59,737 nt of DNA, from positions 1 to 59,737 of IMG/VR virus record IMGVR_UViG_3300034980_000289; one strand, given 5' to 3'. The DNA is from a virus. Its lineage: Duplodnaviria; Caudoviricetes. The position numbers and the translations under genes are program-made. Of this stretch, positions 20,395-29,807 are shown piece by piece; position 1 is the stretch's first letter, and every line of letters starts with the position of its first letter. The notes beneath the pieces were generated by a model that saw only the letters and a list, made by a program, of their open reading frames with translations, was not told the DNA's origin and ran no database searches.

Positions 20395-22480
20395 TTAACT
20401 CTTTTATAGCCTCTACCAACAATGGGACAAGTTTATCATATTGCACTGCATGATATTGAGGGTCTATAGGAGCAGATGTAACTGCTTCAGGAAGAATCTT
20501 TAAAACTTCTTGAGCTGAAACTCCTACCTTCTTCTCACTTGTATCATATCCAAGACTACCAGCAAGTTCATTTGGACTATAATGAAATCCATTGAGTGAA
20601 CAAACCTTTTCTAAAGCTTTTTCAATATTTCCATGTCTTGTCTTTAGTCTATCATCTGAATAATAAGCAGTTACTTCATTGGTAGCTCTTATTTCTCCAG
20701 TTGTGCCTGAAGCTGCCGTTCCTACTCCAAATGAATCAAATTGAATATCAGAATCTGTTTTTACATTTTGGTTCATCAAATAAACTTCAGTTGCACCTTG
20801 CCCCGTATTTAAAGTTGAGCAAGTTAACGCAGCAAATGTTACAGCATCATCAGTATCTATTCCCAATGAATCTCTTGTCGGAAGAGTTTGGTCACCAGTA
20901 TTAGTCCCAGATAGATTTCCTATATCTGTTAAGTCTTGTGCAGAGAGGTCTACATAAGCAGCAGTGCCAAGACTAAGAGTTGTTTTTATTTCAGCTACTG
21001 TAGTAACACCTGTTCCACCTCGTGCAACTGCTAATGTTCCACTTGTAATGTTCGCAGCTGAATGATTGTGAGAGACTAAAGCAAAATCTTCAGCATCTCT
21101 TGTGGCTATATCACCAAGTCCAAGAGAAGTTCTTCCATTGGAAGCATTAAGGTCAGTCGAACCTCCAGTCCATTTAGCATCAGTATTAGGAGCAGTATTG
21201 GTAATAGTTAATACATCATCAGCCGTAAAATTAACATCAATACCATTACCTTCTGCTATTTGCAATGTATCACCTGAAGTAATTGTGTATGTAGTAGTAT
21301 CACCGTCTTTTATAGTCCAAAATTGATAATTATCATAAGTAGTAGTAAAACTTGGCGTTACCGTAGTGACATTGCTTCCTTGAGCAGCTAAAGCCCAAAC
21401 AATACCACCACCGTCTATAAATCTTAAATTTCCAGTAGTTTGAGTAAAATATCCACCAAGAGGATTAACGTAAGAAGTGCTTATTGTAGCAGCAGATAAA
21501 TTAGCATTTATTTGTATATATCCAGTATCAGTATCTGTGTCTGTGGTAGTCATGGTAATATTAGTTCCAGCTACTAAATTACGTAGACAAGCAGCAGTTG
21601 TTGCAGAGCCTCCTCCAGTTAAAATTAATCCATGTTGTGAAGAGCCAGCACTTACTCCAGTGGCATCTGATAGAGTATAAGATGTAGTATTATTAGACGC
21701 TATAGTCATATTGTCACCACTAGGGGTTAAATATATATTAGGGCCAGCTACCAATTTTAAATCATCATTGCTACCTGAACTAGGAGCTAATCTTAAAATT
21801 ACATCATCTGAACTATCTACCCAAGAAGTAGCATAAGTAGTGTTTGTATCTGGGGGGAAATTAATTGTAGGTGTTAATATTGTATCATTCCCATCATCCG
21901 TTGCTGTAAAAAAGATGCCAGTACTTGCACCACTATCATAATCACTAGCAAATTTTAAATTAGTATTAGCTCCTATTGCTGTCGCATAACTACTGCTCAC
22001 TTCACTATAACTTTGAACTGATTCTATACCAGTGCCAGATATTGCATTAAAGTTTATATAAGAGCCATAATCAACACTATCAACAACAGTAATTGACAAA
22101 TTATTATTTTGGCTTCTTACTCCTCTAATATATGCATCACTAGAGGTATCAACAAACACTGCATCTTGAACAGTAGAATCAGCTCCTGTATATGAATTAT
22201 TAACATTTTTAACTGCTACTCCTCCTTCACTTGGTGTGGCAGTCCCTCCTCTAGAAATAACAGTACTTGGAGGTCTTCCTTTTGAAAAATCGCCTGTTGA
22301 AATTGACATTTCATTCCACCCAAGCTCCCCTTTTACTAAATGTACAAGACCCTTTCCAGGTACTTGAGTAAAAGATTGGTCTCCCATCTTACCTGAACGT
22401 GGATGAGGAGTACCTCTCTTAGTTCTAGGGGCATCTGCATGCTCATGTCTAGCTTGTCTTGTTTCTTTAGATGTGGGCAT
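20366..22480 (-). CDS. Tail fibre with C-terminal peptidase S74 intramolecular chaperone
   Basis: YYSDDRLK...GVSAQEV..ILPEAV...YDKLVPLLVEAIKEL. Confidence 0.85.
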   Translation of the reverse strand: MPTSKETRQARHEHADAPRTKRGTPHPRSGKMGDQSFTQVPGKGLVHLVKGELGWNEMSISTGDFSKGRPPSTVISRGGTATPSEGGVAVKNVNNSYTGADSTVQDAVFVDTSSDAYIRGVRSQNNNLSITVVDSVDYGSYINFNAISGTGIESVQSYSEVSSSYATAIGANTNLKFASDYDSGASTGIFFTATDDGNDTILTPTINFPPDTNTTYATSWVDSSDDVILRLAPSSGSNDDLKLVAGPNIYLTPSGDNMTIASNNTTSYTLSDATGVSAGSSQHGLILTGGGSATTAACLRNLVAGTNITMTTTDTDTDTGYIQINANLSAATISTSYVNPLGGYFTQTTGNLRFIDGGGIVWALAAQGSNVTTVTPSFTTTYDNYQFWTIKDGDTTTYTITSGDTLQIAEGNGIDVNFTADDVLTITNTAPNTDAKWTGGSTDLNASNGRTSLGLGDIATRDAEDFALVSHNHSAANITSGTLAVARGGTGVTTVAEIKTTLSLGTAAYVDLSAQDLTDIGNLSGTNTGDQTLPTRDSLGIDTDDAVTFAALTCSTLNTGQGATEVYLMNQNVKTDSDIQFDSFGVGTAASGTTGEIRATNEVTAYYSDDRLKTRHGNIEKALEKVCSLNGFHYSPNELAGSLGYDTSEKKVGVSAQEVLKILPEAVTSAPIDPQYHAVQYDKLVPLLVEAIKELSERKCSCGV

Positions 22481-25284
22481 TACCTAAGTGTTCTTTCTCT
22501 ATACACTATCGTCATATCATTTATTTGAAAATTCTTTGGGACTGTTCCATTGGCTGCAATCTTTAACTGAATCGACCTGATTGAATTTGCTTCAGAATTA
22601 ACATTTGGTTTTAATGTAGTAACATTCCAATCAGTCCCAGTAGGAGTCCCTAAATCAGCTGGGCTAGTATCTGATGCACCAAATTTAAACGCTTTAGTTT
22701 GAGATGCTTCTCCATCAACCCCATAAGTCATAGTTATATTAGAATCGGCAGCTGCACTTCCAGCATCGTTAGTAGATTTCCAAGTTAATATAACTTTATA
22801 AATTCTTTTTAAGGTTCCTGGGTTTCCAAAATCAATATCTTTTGTCTTTATTAATAAGTTAGCAGTAGATGACTCCGAATCATCCCACTGTAAAAGATTC
22901 CCTGATGAATCCAAAACCTTGACTACATTATTATCTAATATGAAGTTGCTATAAGTAGAAAAATTAAGTTTTTGTTGATGCCTAGTCCATCCTTGAGTTG
23001 TTAAGCAATACTCATATAAATCTCTATAACTATTTCCACTATCATTTACCCAGCTGCCTGTTACAAATAACTTTCTTTTATTTGGTAGATAAAATGTTTG
23101 ACTATTAGGCATAATGTGAGATGCCCATTCACTTGGTTTAATAGACCCTTCAGTTAGGTTCGTAACCTTTTGACCATCGTAAAGATAACAACCATTCTCA
23201 TTCGCCCACGAAACTCCAAAATCAGTTTTAGAAGCAGCCCCTGGATGAGTAACCCCCATACCAACAAAAGTATCCTCTAAAAATTCAGTAGATTTAGTCG
23301 CATTTATTAAATACATTGTATTTCTTTTAAATTGTAAAATTCTATCTGCATAGGTATCTAAGTGTATTATATCATCGCCATCATTTATAGCAACATCTAT
23401 TTCTCTCCCTGATGAGGGGAAGCAATCAAAAGAATTGGTAACAGACTTAATCATTCTGTCTCCATATGTCTTACCGTCTTGTTCAAGATTTCCTATATAG
23501 ACTTTTCTATTTAACACAACAGCCGTTTTATATTTAGCAGATATTGTATCGACAGTCGACTTAAACCCATTTAACGCATCAAACGATTCAAGAAGAGGTA
23601 ACCCAGTCGTTTCTATTAAATTTGATTTATTGCAAGTAGATGAAAATGTTTCAAAAGCATCAATCGTAGAACCAAATTTATCAGCAGGGAATTCAGGTTC
23701 CCATGCCCCCTTTAGTCCTTTAAGAAAATCTAACTCAGAAACTCTATAAGGGACATCCTCATCTATCATATACAGATTAGAGCCAGTTATCCTATTATTT
23801 GTAATAGATTTAATATATGCATTTATACCTATCTTATAACCCCAATCATTTGGATGTAAGGTTATAGAGGATGGGAATGAATACAATAAACTCTCAGCGT
23901 CTTGATTCTCATCGTAAATAAATGAATATGCAAAGTCCTTAATCCCTTTAGCTCCTGAACTACCAACCTTATCTGAATCTCCTACTCTTAAATCAGAAAC
24001 ATGAAGCACAGAATAAGAGTCGTCTGGCCCTCCTTCTGTGGACAGCCCCCCTGAGCCAGTAAATTGTAAACTCAAATCAGCACGAAAGGTAAAGCCAACG
24101 GGAACCATTGATGTTACTGCAGTATTACTCTTCCCTGTTATTTCATCATAGGGTAATTCAAGGACAACCCACTCACCATAATTAGCCTCAAGAATTGGCG
24201 TTATATCTACTTCCCAATAAAATGTTTGATTTGAACTATTTTTTATAGTTATTCTTGCGTTAGTAAATTTTATCTGACATACTACACTATCAGCAATTGC
24301 CAAAGTATGTGTCCCAAGCCACATATCTCTATTCCCCTTATCTTCAGTTCTTACTGCTATATAATATGACTTTCCAGAGACTAAATTATCACTAGGAGCA
24401 GTAAATGCTGGAGATGCCCATTCATGTCTTATATCAGCTTGGTCACTAGTCACAGGAGAACTATCACTGCCAAGTTGCCATCCAAACCTTCTATAATAAG
24501 TAGACCCATCAAATCCGCCTGCATATCTTTCGTCATGTTGCCGAACATTACCTGAGCTATCAGTCATAGTAAAAGCACTTGACGAGGAGAATAACTCGGA
24601 GCTTGTCCCAATTTCTTCAGTATCATCTCTTAAATTTCTAACATGCCACCAAATTCTATCATCAGAAAGAGCTGCGGCGTTTGTAGGAGCAACTAATTTC
24701 ATTTCGCCATTAGTAGGTGAAGACAAAGCCTGGTCTTCTTTATACCAACCCTTTTTGTCTACAGTAACCCCATCTGTAAAAAGAGTTCTATTTAGAGCCC
24801 CAATCCAAATAGGGTCATTACCAGCCGCAAAAGTTGCATCGCTAGCCCTTATAGCTCCATCAACACTATAAAAGAATAATTTAGGACTCTCATTACTCTG
24901 CAAATCCAAGAAATCAACAGATGTATTTAAATGCGTAGGTGTTTCCCAATTTCCGCCATCTGGACTCCAATAAAGCTTTTGGTCAGCCTCTCTATAAGCT
25001 AATATATAATCTGTCCTAGTCGGGGCAGGGTCACCATCCCAGTCTTTATGAAAATCAGATGAAAATCTAAAAAGACCATAACCTCTAATATTACTACTAA
25101 CTTCAGGCTTTGTAGAAGCTGAATTTGTTATAGTGGTTAAACTACCAGCGTTAGTTATTCTTCCAATATCATCAACTGATACATCTTTCGCTTCAGATAA
25201 TTGATTATCTAATATGTCCCTTGCATCAGATTTTGTATTTAAACCACCGTGGTAAGAGTCTACCTTGTGGAATTTACGAGGCAT
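22480..25284 (-). CDS. Tail nozzle / tail tubular protein B-like (beta-propeller) with a large insertion
   Basis: GGLN N-terminus, C-terminal KTKDIDFGNP..KRIYKV; podoviral position. Confidence 0.7.
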   Translation of the reverse strand: MPRKFHKVDSYHGGLNTKSDARDILDNQLSEAKDVSVDDIGRITNAGSLTTITNSASTKPEVSSNIRGYGLFRFSSDFHKDWDGDPAPTRTDYILAYREADQKLYWSPDGGNWETPTHLNTSVDFLDLQSNESPKLFFYSVDGAIRASDATFAAGNDPIWIGALNRTLFTDGVTVDKKGWYKEDQALSSPTNGEMKLVAPTNAAALSDDRIWWHVRNLRDDTEEIGTSSELFSSSSAFTMTDSSGNVRQHDERYAGGFDGSTYYRRFGWQLGSDSSPVTSDQADIRHEWASPAFTAPSDNLVSGKSYYIAVRTEDKGNRDMWLGTHTLAIADSVVCQIKFTNARITIKNSSNQTFYWEVDITPILEANYGEWVVLELPYDEITGKSNTAVTSMVPVGFTFRADLSLQFTGSGGLSTEGGPDDSYSVLHVSDLRVGDSDKVGSSGAKGIKDFAYSFIYDENQDAESLLYSFPSSITLHPNDWGYKIGINAYIKSITNNRITGSNLYMIDEDVPYRVSELDFLKGLKGAWEPEFPADKFGSTIDAFETFSSTCNKSNLIETTGLPLLESFDALNGFKSTVDTISAKYKTAVVLNRKVYIGNLEQDGKTYGDRMIKSVTNSFDCFPSSGREIDVAINDGDDIIHLDTYADRILQFKRNTMYLINATKSTEFLEDTFVGMGVTHPGAASKTDFGVSWANENGCYLYDGQKVTNLTEGSIKPSEWASHIMPNSQTFYLPNKRKLFVTGSWVNDSGNSYRDLYEYCLTTQGWTRHQQKLNFSTYSNFILDNNVVKVLDSSGNLLQWDDSESSTANLLIKTKDIDFGNPGTLKRIYKVILTWKSTNDAGSAAADSNITMTYGVDGEASQTKAFKFGASDTSPADLGTPTGTDWNVTTLKPNVNSEANSIRSIQLKIAANGTVPKNFQINDMTIVYRERTLR

Positions 25285-25512
25285 TTATTTCTTTATGACT
25301 TTTTTTACTGCTTTTGCTTTTTTCACTACTTTAGTTACTTCATCTTCTGCATTTTCTAAAGCTTTTCTTACTTTAGCAACGATTTCATCGTCTTTAGTGC
25401 TTGAAGTTAAGGAAGTAGCAAACTCCGCATATTCAATAACGGCTTCAATCATCCCCTTTTTGCTAACAAGATGTTTGATAAACTTGCTTAATAATCTAAA
25501 TGATTTTATCAT
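25285..25512 (-). CDS. Small protein, possible holin/spanin accessory
   Basis: T.STKDDEIV motif, basic tail, lysis-cluster context. Confidence 0.45.
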   Translation of the reverse strand: MIKSFRLLSKFIKHLVSKKGMIEAVIEYAEFATSLTSSTKDDEIVAKVRKALENAEDEVTKVVKKAKAVKKVIKK

Positions 25513-25673
25513 TACTTATCTTTCCCAGCCAATTTAAAGACTGCTTTTTTAACTGATGTCCATAACAAATCATCCCATTTACTTGGGCTCAACGCTACGG
25601 CTTTGTCGATTGCGAGAATGGCTATTATAACATATTGCCAATTCTGTACAACTATTTCTACAACTTCTTTCAT
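25512..25673 (-). CDS. Holin-like 53-aa peptide (not in ORF track)
   Basis: MKEVVEIVVQNWQYVIIAILAIDKAVALSPSKWDDLLW...; AGGAG RBS; TAATG coupling. Confidence 0.65.
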   Translation of the reverse strand: MKEVVEIVVQNWQYVIIAILAIDKAVALSPSKWDDLLWTSVKKAVFKLAGKDK

Positions 25674-25683
25674 AATATTCTCC

Positions 25684-25947
25684 TTAATGAATTATCATTG
25701 CTACTAGTATTTGAACAAAACTAAACACTATTACAAATCCCAAAGCAATACCTTTCCACCTATTAATAGTGGAATCATGCTCAGCAATACTACCATTCTG
25801 CTTCTGTAAATGAGACTCTATACGTTTAATATGATGATAAATATTCTCAATATGAGCATTGGTTTTAGCATTTTGGACTGCTATGTCCGTTACTTTGTCT
25901 TCCAGATTATGCCTAAAGTGCCAAACGCTTTGTTTTTCTTGAGCCAT
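25684..25947 (-). CDS. Coiled-coil protein with C-terminal TM helix (hemolysin XhlA/holin-like)
   Basis: HLQKQNGSI followed by a hydrophobic C-terminus. Confidence 0.55.
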   Translation of the reverse strand: MAQEKQSVWHFRHNLEDKVTDIAVQNAKTNAHIENIYHHIKRIESHLQKQNGSIAEHDSTINRWKGIALGFVIVFSFVQILVAMIIH

Positions 25948-26040
25948 TTATTATTTCATAATTAATTTTCAAACCATTAGAGTCAAATAAAACAACGGGC
26001 GTTGAATTAGTGGTATTAGGATTGTATTGAATTAGTTTCA

Positions 26041-26208
26041 TTATTTTTTATCTTCTTTTTCCTTCTTCTTAGATTCTTTTTCTTCTGATGCCTTATCGCT
26101 AATCATCTGTTGAACAAGAGCAATCGCTCCAGTAATTTGATGAAAATTAGCTTCCATCTGTTTTTGTTGATTTACAAGTTCTTCTAGTCTTTCATCTAAA
26201 GTAGCCAT
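26041..26208 (-). CDS. 55-aa coiled-coil peptide (not in ORF track)
   Basis: MATLDERLEELVNQQKQMEANFHQITGAI...; AAGGAG RBS. Confidence 0.65.
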   Translation of the reverse strand: MATLDERLEELVNQQKQMEANFHQITGAIALVQQMISDKASEEKESKKKEKEDKK

Positions 26209-26223
26209 ATTGCTATCTCCTTT

Positions 26224-26478
26224 TTATTGTTTACCATTTGTCCTCCCTTTGAGGAAATTTAAATCATCTGTTATATCGTTCATTTCTTGAAGCAATTGTT
26301 CGTGTCTTCTGTCTCTAACTTCGTCAGAACGATTCCATCTATCTATTAATTTAATACAAATTTGTTCTATTTCGCCAAGTTTACTTGTTAGGGTAGTTCT
26401 AAGGAAATGTATCATTCCTACGAATAAGAAAACTACAACTCCTACAATCCCCCACTCCTGTATCATAAACTTTTCCAT
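26224..26478 (-). CDS. Holin-like membrane protein (BhlA-like)
   Basis: N-terminal TM helix followed by coiled coil. Confidence 0.55.
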   Translation of the reverse strand: MEKFMIQEWGIVGVVVFLFVGMIHFLRTTLTSKLGEIEQICIKLIDRWNRSDEVRDRRHEQLLQEMNDITDDLNFLKGRTNGKQ

Positions 26479-26762
26479 TATCTTTTCTTCAATCCCATTT
26501 TTTGTAATAGACTTTTATTTTCTTCTACTAATTCTTCATTATGATGCTCAAGTTCTTCTAAATGCTGTTTTTCCATATCGTGCATTTTAGAAGTTAACAC
26601 CACCAATTCTTCGTGCATATCGCCAACTGTTCTATCCATACTTGCAAACTTCATTTGCACTTGGTAGTATGTAGCAATCAGCATTGAAATTCCAATCATA
26701 GCCTTTATTAAGAATGCTATTGATATGTGTACCTGACTATCTGCACTAATCCCTTTCGTCAT
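26478..26762 (-). CDS. Membrane-anchored coiled-coil protein
   Basis: TM segment followed by heptad repeats. Confidence 0.55.
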   Translation of the reverse strand: MTKGISADSQVHISIAFLIKAMIGISMLIATYYQVQMKFASMDRTVGDMHEELVVLTSKMHDMEKQHLEELEHHNEELVEENKSLLQKMGLKKR

Positions 26763-26885
26763 CCTGAACCTCTGGAACTGGTATCCCTAATTTCTTTTCC
26801 CATTTATTAATAGTTGGTTCAAGTGTTCCTCTTGCATCCGCAATTAGAATCACAACTGCCACTACACAATGTAGATAAAACCATG

Positions 26886-27278
26886 TCACTTCAGAACCAC
26901 TGAATGCCAGTCAATAGCTTTTCTAACATCGTCTGTACTTAATTCTAAGTTTCCGTCAAAATCAGCTTTCCAAACTTTTTTCTTTTTACCATCTTTAAAT
27001 AAAACTACACTTGGAAAATTTCTTAATCTTAGTTTTCTCGCAACTTCGGGAAGATTTTTCACTGGCAATATCATCATTTGTGTTCCCATATATGCAGAGT
27101 CGCCTTCCACAATGAATTTCCCTATATAGAAGTTTTGTTTAGAATCCGTTGACCATGAGCTGGTGAAACGAACTAACCACATCCCCTTGTAGATAGCCCC
27201 ATTAAAATTGTCATCGTTCACTACTTGTTGTACAGGTTGGGAAAATGCCAAAGACATTAATAGTATTAACCACTTCAT
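26886..27278 (-). CDS. Secreted thioredoxin-fold protein lacking CxxC
   Basis: Signal peptide; LVRFTSSWS in place of WCxxC; cis-Pro region RNFPSVVLFKDGK. Confidence 0.65.
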   Translation of the reverse strand: MKWLILLMSLAFSQPVQQVVNDDNFNGAIYKGMWLVRFTSSWSTDSKQNFYIGKFIVEGDSAYMGTQMMILPVKNLPEVARKLRLRNFPSVVLFKDGKKKKVWKADFDGNLELSTDDVRKAIDWHSVVLK

Positions 27279-27628
27279 TGGACTGCAATTCTCAAGTTTG
27301 TAATCTGTCTATTTAGTTCTTTAATTTCGTCTTGCATTCCTTCAATAGTCTCATAAAGGTCATCTTGATTTTCTTGAAGGTTGCCTACCTGCTGTTTATA
27401 TTGTTCGTATGACGGACTCCAGTTGAAATCACTAATACCCTTACTTGGATACTCTTGAGAAAATAATGATAGAGGTATGGGCAATTCTTTAGCTTCTTGT
27501 ATGTCGGCTTGGAGCATATACCACATTCCGATAAGGCTACTAAGTCCCATTCCTCCAGCAATAATCGTTTGGAGGCTAAGGGTGAACTTTGACCCTAATA
27601 TTTTTTCTTCGCTTAATTCTTGTGCCAT
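27275..27628 (-). CDS. Membrane-anchored coiled-coil protein
   Basis: TM helix and C-terminal coiled coil. Confidence 0.55.
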   Translation of the reverse strand: MAQELSEEKILGSKFTLSLQTIIAGGMGLSSLIGMWYMLQADIQEAKELPIPLSLFSQEYPSKGISDFNWSPSYEQYKQQVGNLQENQDDLYETIEGMQDEIKELNRQITNLRIAVQ

Positions 27629-27954
27629 TAGTTTTTAGTTCCCCATGATTCTGTTCTTTGTTGTGGAGTATGGTTAAAGGACTGAGTCCCTGTATTGTTA
27701 TTATTTCCTCCACCTCTATTCTCCCCATCATTGCCTGTATTTGCTCTTCTACCGCTATTATTACCTCTACTGTAAGGATTGTAATGATATACACCACTCC
27801 TGTAAAACAATGGTCTAAAGTGATAATCATATCCAATAGGATAGCCATTTACAGAGTGATTAATCTTGACTGGTGGTTTACCATTGGTAAGCTCAACTAC
27901 AGCAAGTGCTGAGACAAAGCCTAAAAAGAAATATGCTATTGCTTTACCTGGCAT
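27628..27954 (-). CDS. Signal/TM-anchored Y- and G/N-rich small protein
   Basis: Hydrophobic N-terminus, low-complexity tail; TAATG coupling on both sides. Confidence 0.55.
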   Translation of the reverse strand: MPGKAIAYFFLGFVSALAVVELTNGKPPVKINHSVNGYPIGYDYHFRPLFYRSGVYHYNPYSRGNNSGRRANTGNDGENRGGGNNNNTGTQSFNHTPQQRTESWGTKN

Positions 27955-29807
27955 TATGCGTTCTCCAATGCGGTTACTTTAGCTGAGAGTTCTTGAACTG
28001 CTTTTATTAGAACTGGAATTAATTGTGTATAATTAAGAAACTTTGTATCAGTCTTGTCATCACTACTCACTATTTCATCTATTATGCCTTCAACATCCTG
28101 AGCAATTAAGCCAAGATTTTCTGAATCATCTTGTTTTAATTTATATTTTTTAGGTTGTAATAGATTTATTGCATCAAGACCATAAGGAACTGGTTCAATA
28201 TCTTTCTTTAGTTTTATATCCGAACCAGTATTCCAAGCTGATGCCTTATGAGTTGCCCATGATGTACTTGAACCTGCATTCCAATACCAAAGCGATGGAG
28301 TATGGCTTGATGCACCATTATTACAAGTTCTATAGTTTATATAAAGTGCATTATTTTGAGCCCCAATCATAAATTCCGCACCATACCCCATTAATTCCAT
28401 TGTATCGTAAGCGTGGTTTCTTCCTATCCAAGAACCACCGCCAGAAAGCCCAGTGAGAACTCCGTCAAAATGTGCATACCCACCAAATGTGGCGGTGCTA
28501 CCTTCAAGTTTGAATACATTAGTATCACCAGTACCATCAACATAATTATCTATATAAAATCCAGAATCTTCAGTTCCATCAGTAACATCTAATGCGTGGG
28601 CTCGTAGAATAGTATAATATGTATCTTGGTTAGCAGAATTAATACCTGCAAAAGCTATTTGTCCTAAATAATCGTTGTCTGCCATAGAATTATCAGCAGG
28701 TCTTTTCCAAAACTGTAATTGTGCGGGGGTACTTGCATTATTTAAATTTGTTAATGTTAATACTGGATTCCACGATTCGCTATTGCTCAATGCAACACCC
28801 CCAGCAAATGTGGCGTTTTGAGAACCGTCAAGGGTTAAAGCAGTTGTTGCCCCACCAGTCTGAAAGAACATTGACCTTGTATAATTGCAATGTATATTAC
28901 CAAGAGCATATGCTGAAGTAGTATGTTCATCCTCAAAGTATATAATTCCATTGTTTTGACCTTGTCCTTTTAAATATAACTTAGCATCGCCACTTGTTTC
29001 GTTAACTATGAGGTCACCAGTAAATGTGGCGTTGCCACCATCTGCTATATTAAAAACATTTGTCGCACCAGCAGAACCATCATATACTGAAAAAATATTA
29101 GTTGTATTAGAGTTAATAGTCGCTGTTTGTGTTCCACCGTGAAATAATTGTAATTGAATACCACTCGCACTTCCTGAAACCATTTTCTGAAAAGTATCTC
29201 CTGTAGTATCCCCTATTGTTAACGCTGTATTTGAACCACCAGTAATTGCGACATCACCACCAAATATGGCGTTGCCATTCACATCAATTACCAAATCATC
29301 TGAATATCCACCGCCACCATAAGTAGTCCCTTGTAAAACAAAATTGTTAGTACTATCATCAAAGAATATTCTTCCCCTACCTACCCCACCTGAAGTAAAC
29401 TCTAATCCTATATCTGGAGAACCACTTACTTCTTTTATAATTAATTGTGGCATTGAATTGCCTGAAAATGATTTTAACCCTGTAAATGTCTGGGCAGTAG
29501 ATAAGTGAGCTGTATCTGCATCAAGATAAGCACTTGCTATCACAGATGCGTTCCATACACCAGTTCCTATTGTGCCTACTGAAGTAATCTGAGTTTGAGC
29601 AGCATCTACATTAAGAGTATTAGTAGAAAGGGTAAGTCCAGTACCACCAGCTAATAGTGTTTTACTAACTGCAATAGAACCAGCTAAGTGTGCGTTGTCT
29701 ATACTTCCATCAACGAAATCAGCACTGTCAATAGCATCATCTGCCATCTTCGCATTAGTAATTGCGTTGTCTGCTATTCCACTGGTTTTAATTTTTGTTA
29801 GAGCCAT
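27954..29807 (-). CDS. Tail fibre with S74 chaperone
   Basis: GSDIKLKK...GLIAQDV...YTQLIPVLIKAVQEL; NATFAG repeats. Confidence 0.85.
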   Translation of the reverse strand: MALTKIKTSGIADNAITNAKMADDAIDSADFVDGSIDNAHLAGSIAVSKTLLAGGTGLTLSTNTLNVDAAQTQITSVGTIGTGVWNASVIASAYLDADTAHLSTAQTFTGLKSFSGNSMPQLIIKEVSGSPDIGLEFTSGGVGRGRIFFDDSTNNFVLQGTTYGGGGYSDDLVIDVNGNAIFGGDVAITGGSNTALTIGDTTGDTFQKMVSGSASGIQLQLFHGGTQTATINSNTTNIFSVYDGSAGATNVFNIADGGNATFTGDLIVNETSGDAKLYLKGQGQNNGIIYFEDEHTTSAYALGNIHCNYTRSMFFQTGGATTALTLDGSQNATFAGGVALSNSESWNPVLTLTNLNNASTPAQLQFWKRPADNSMADNDYLGQIAFAGINSANQDTYYTILRAHALDVTDGTEDSGFYIDNYVDGTGDTNVFKLEGSTATFGGYAHFDGVLTGLSGGGSWIGRNHAYDTMELMGYGAEFMIGAQNNALYINYRTCNNGASSHTPSLWYWNAGSSTSWATHKASAWNTGSDIKLKKDIEPVPYGLDAINLLQPKKYKLKQDDSENLGLIAQDVEGIIDEIVSSDDKTDTKFLNYTQLIPVLIKAVQELSAKVTALENA

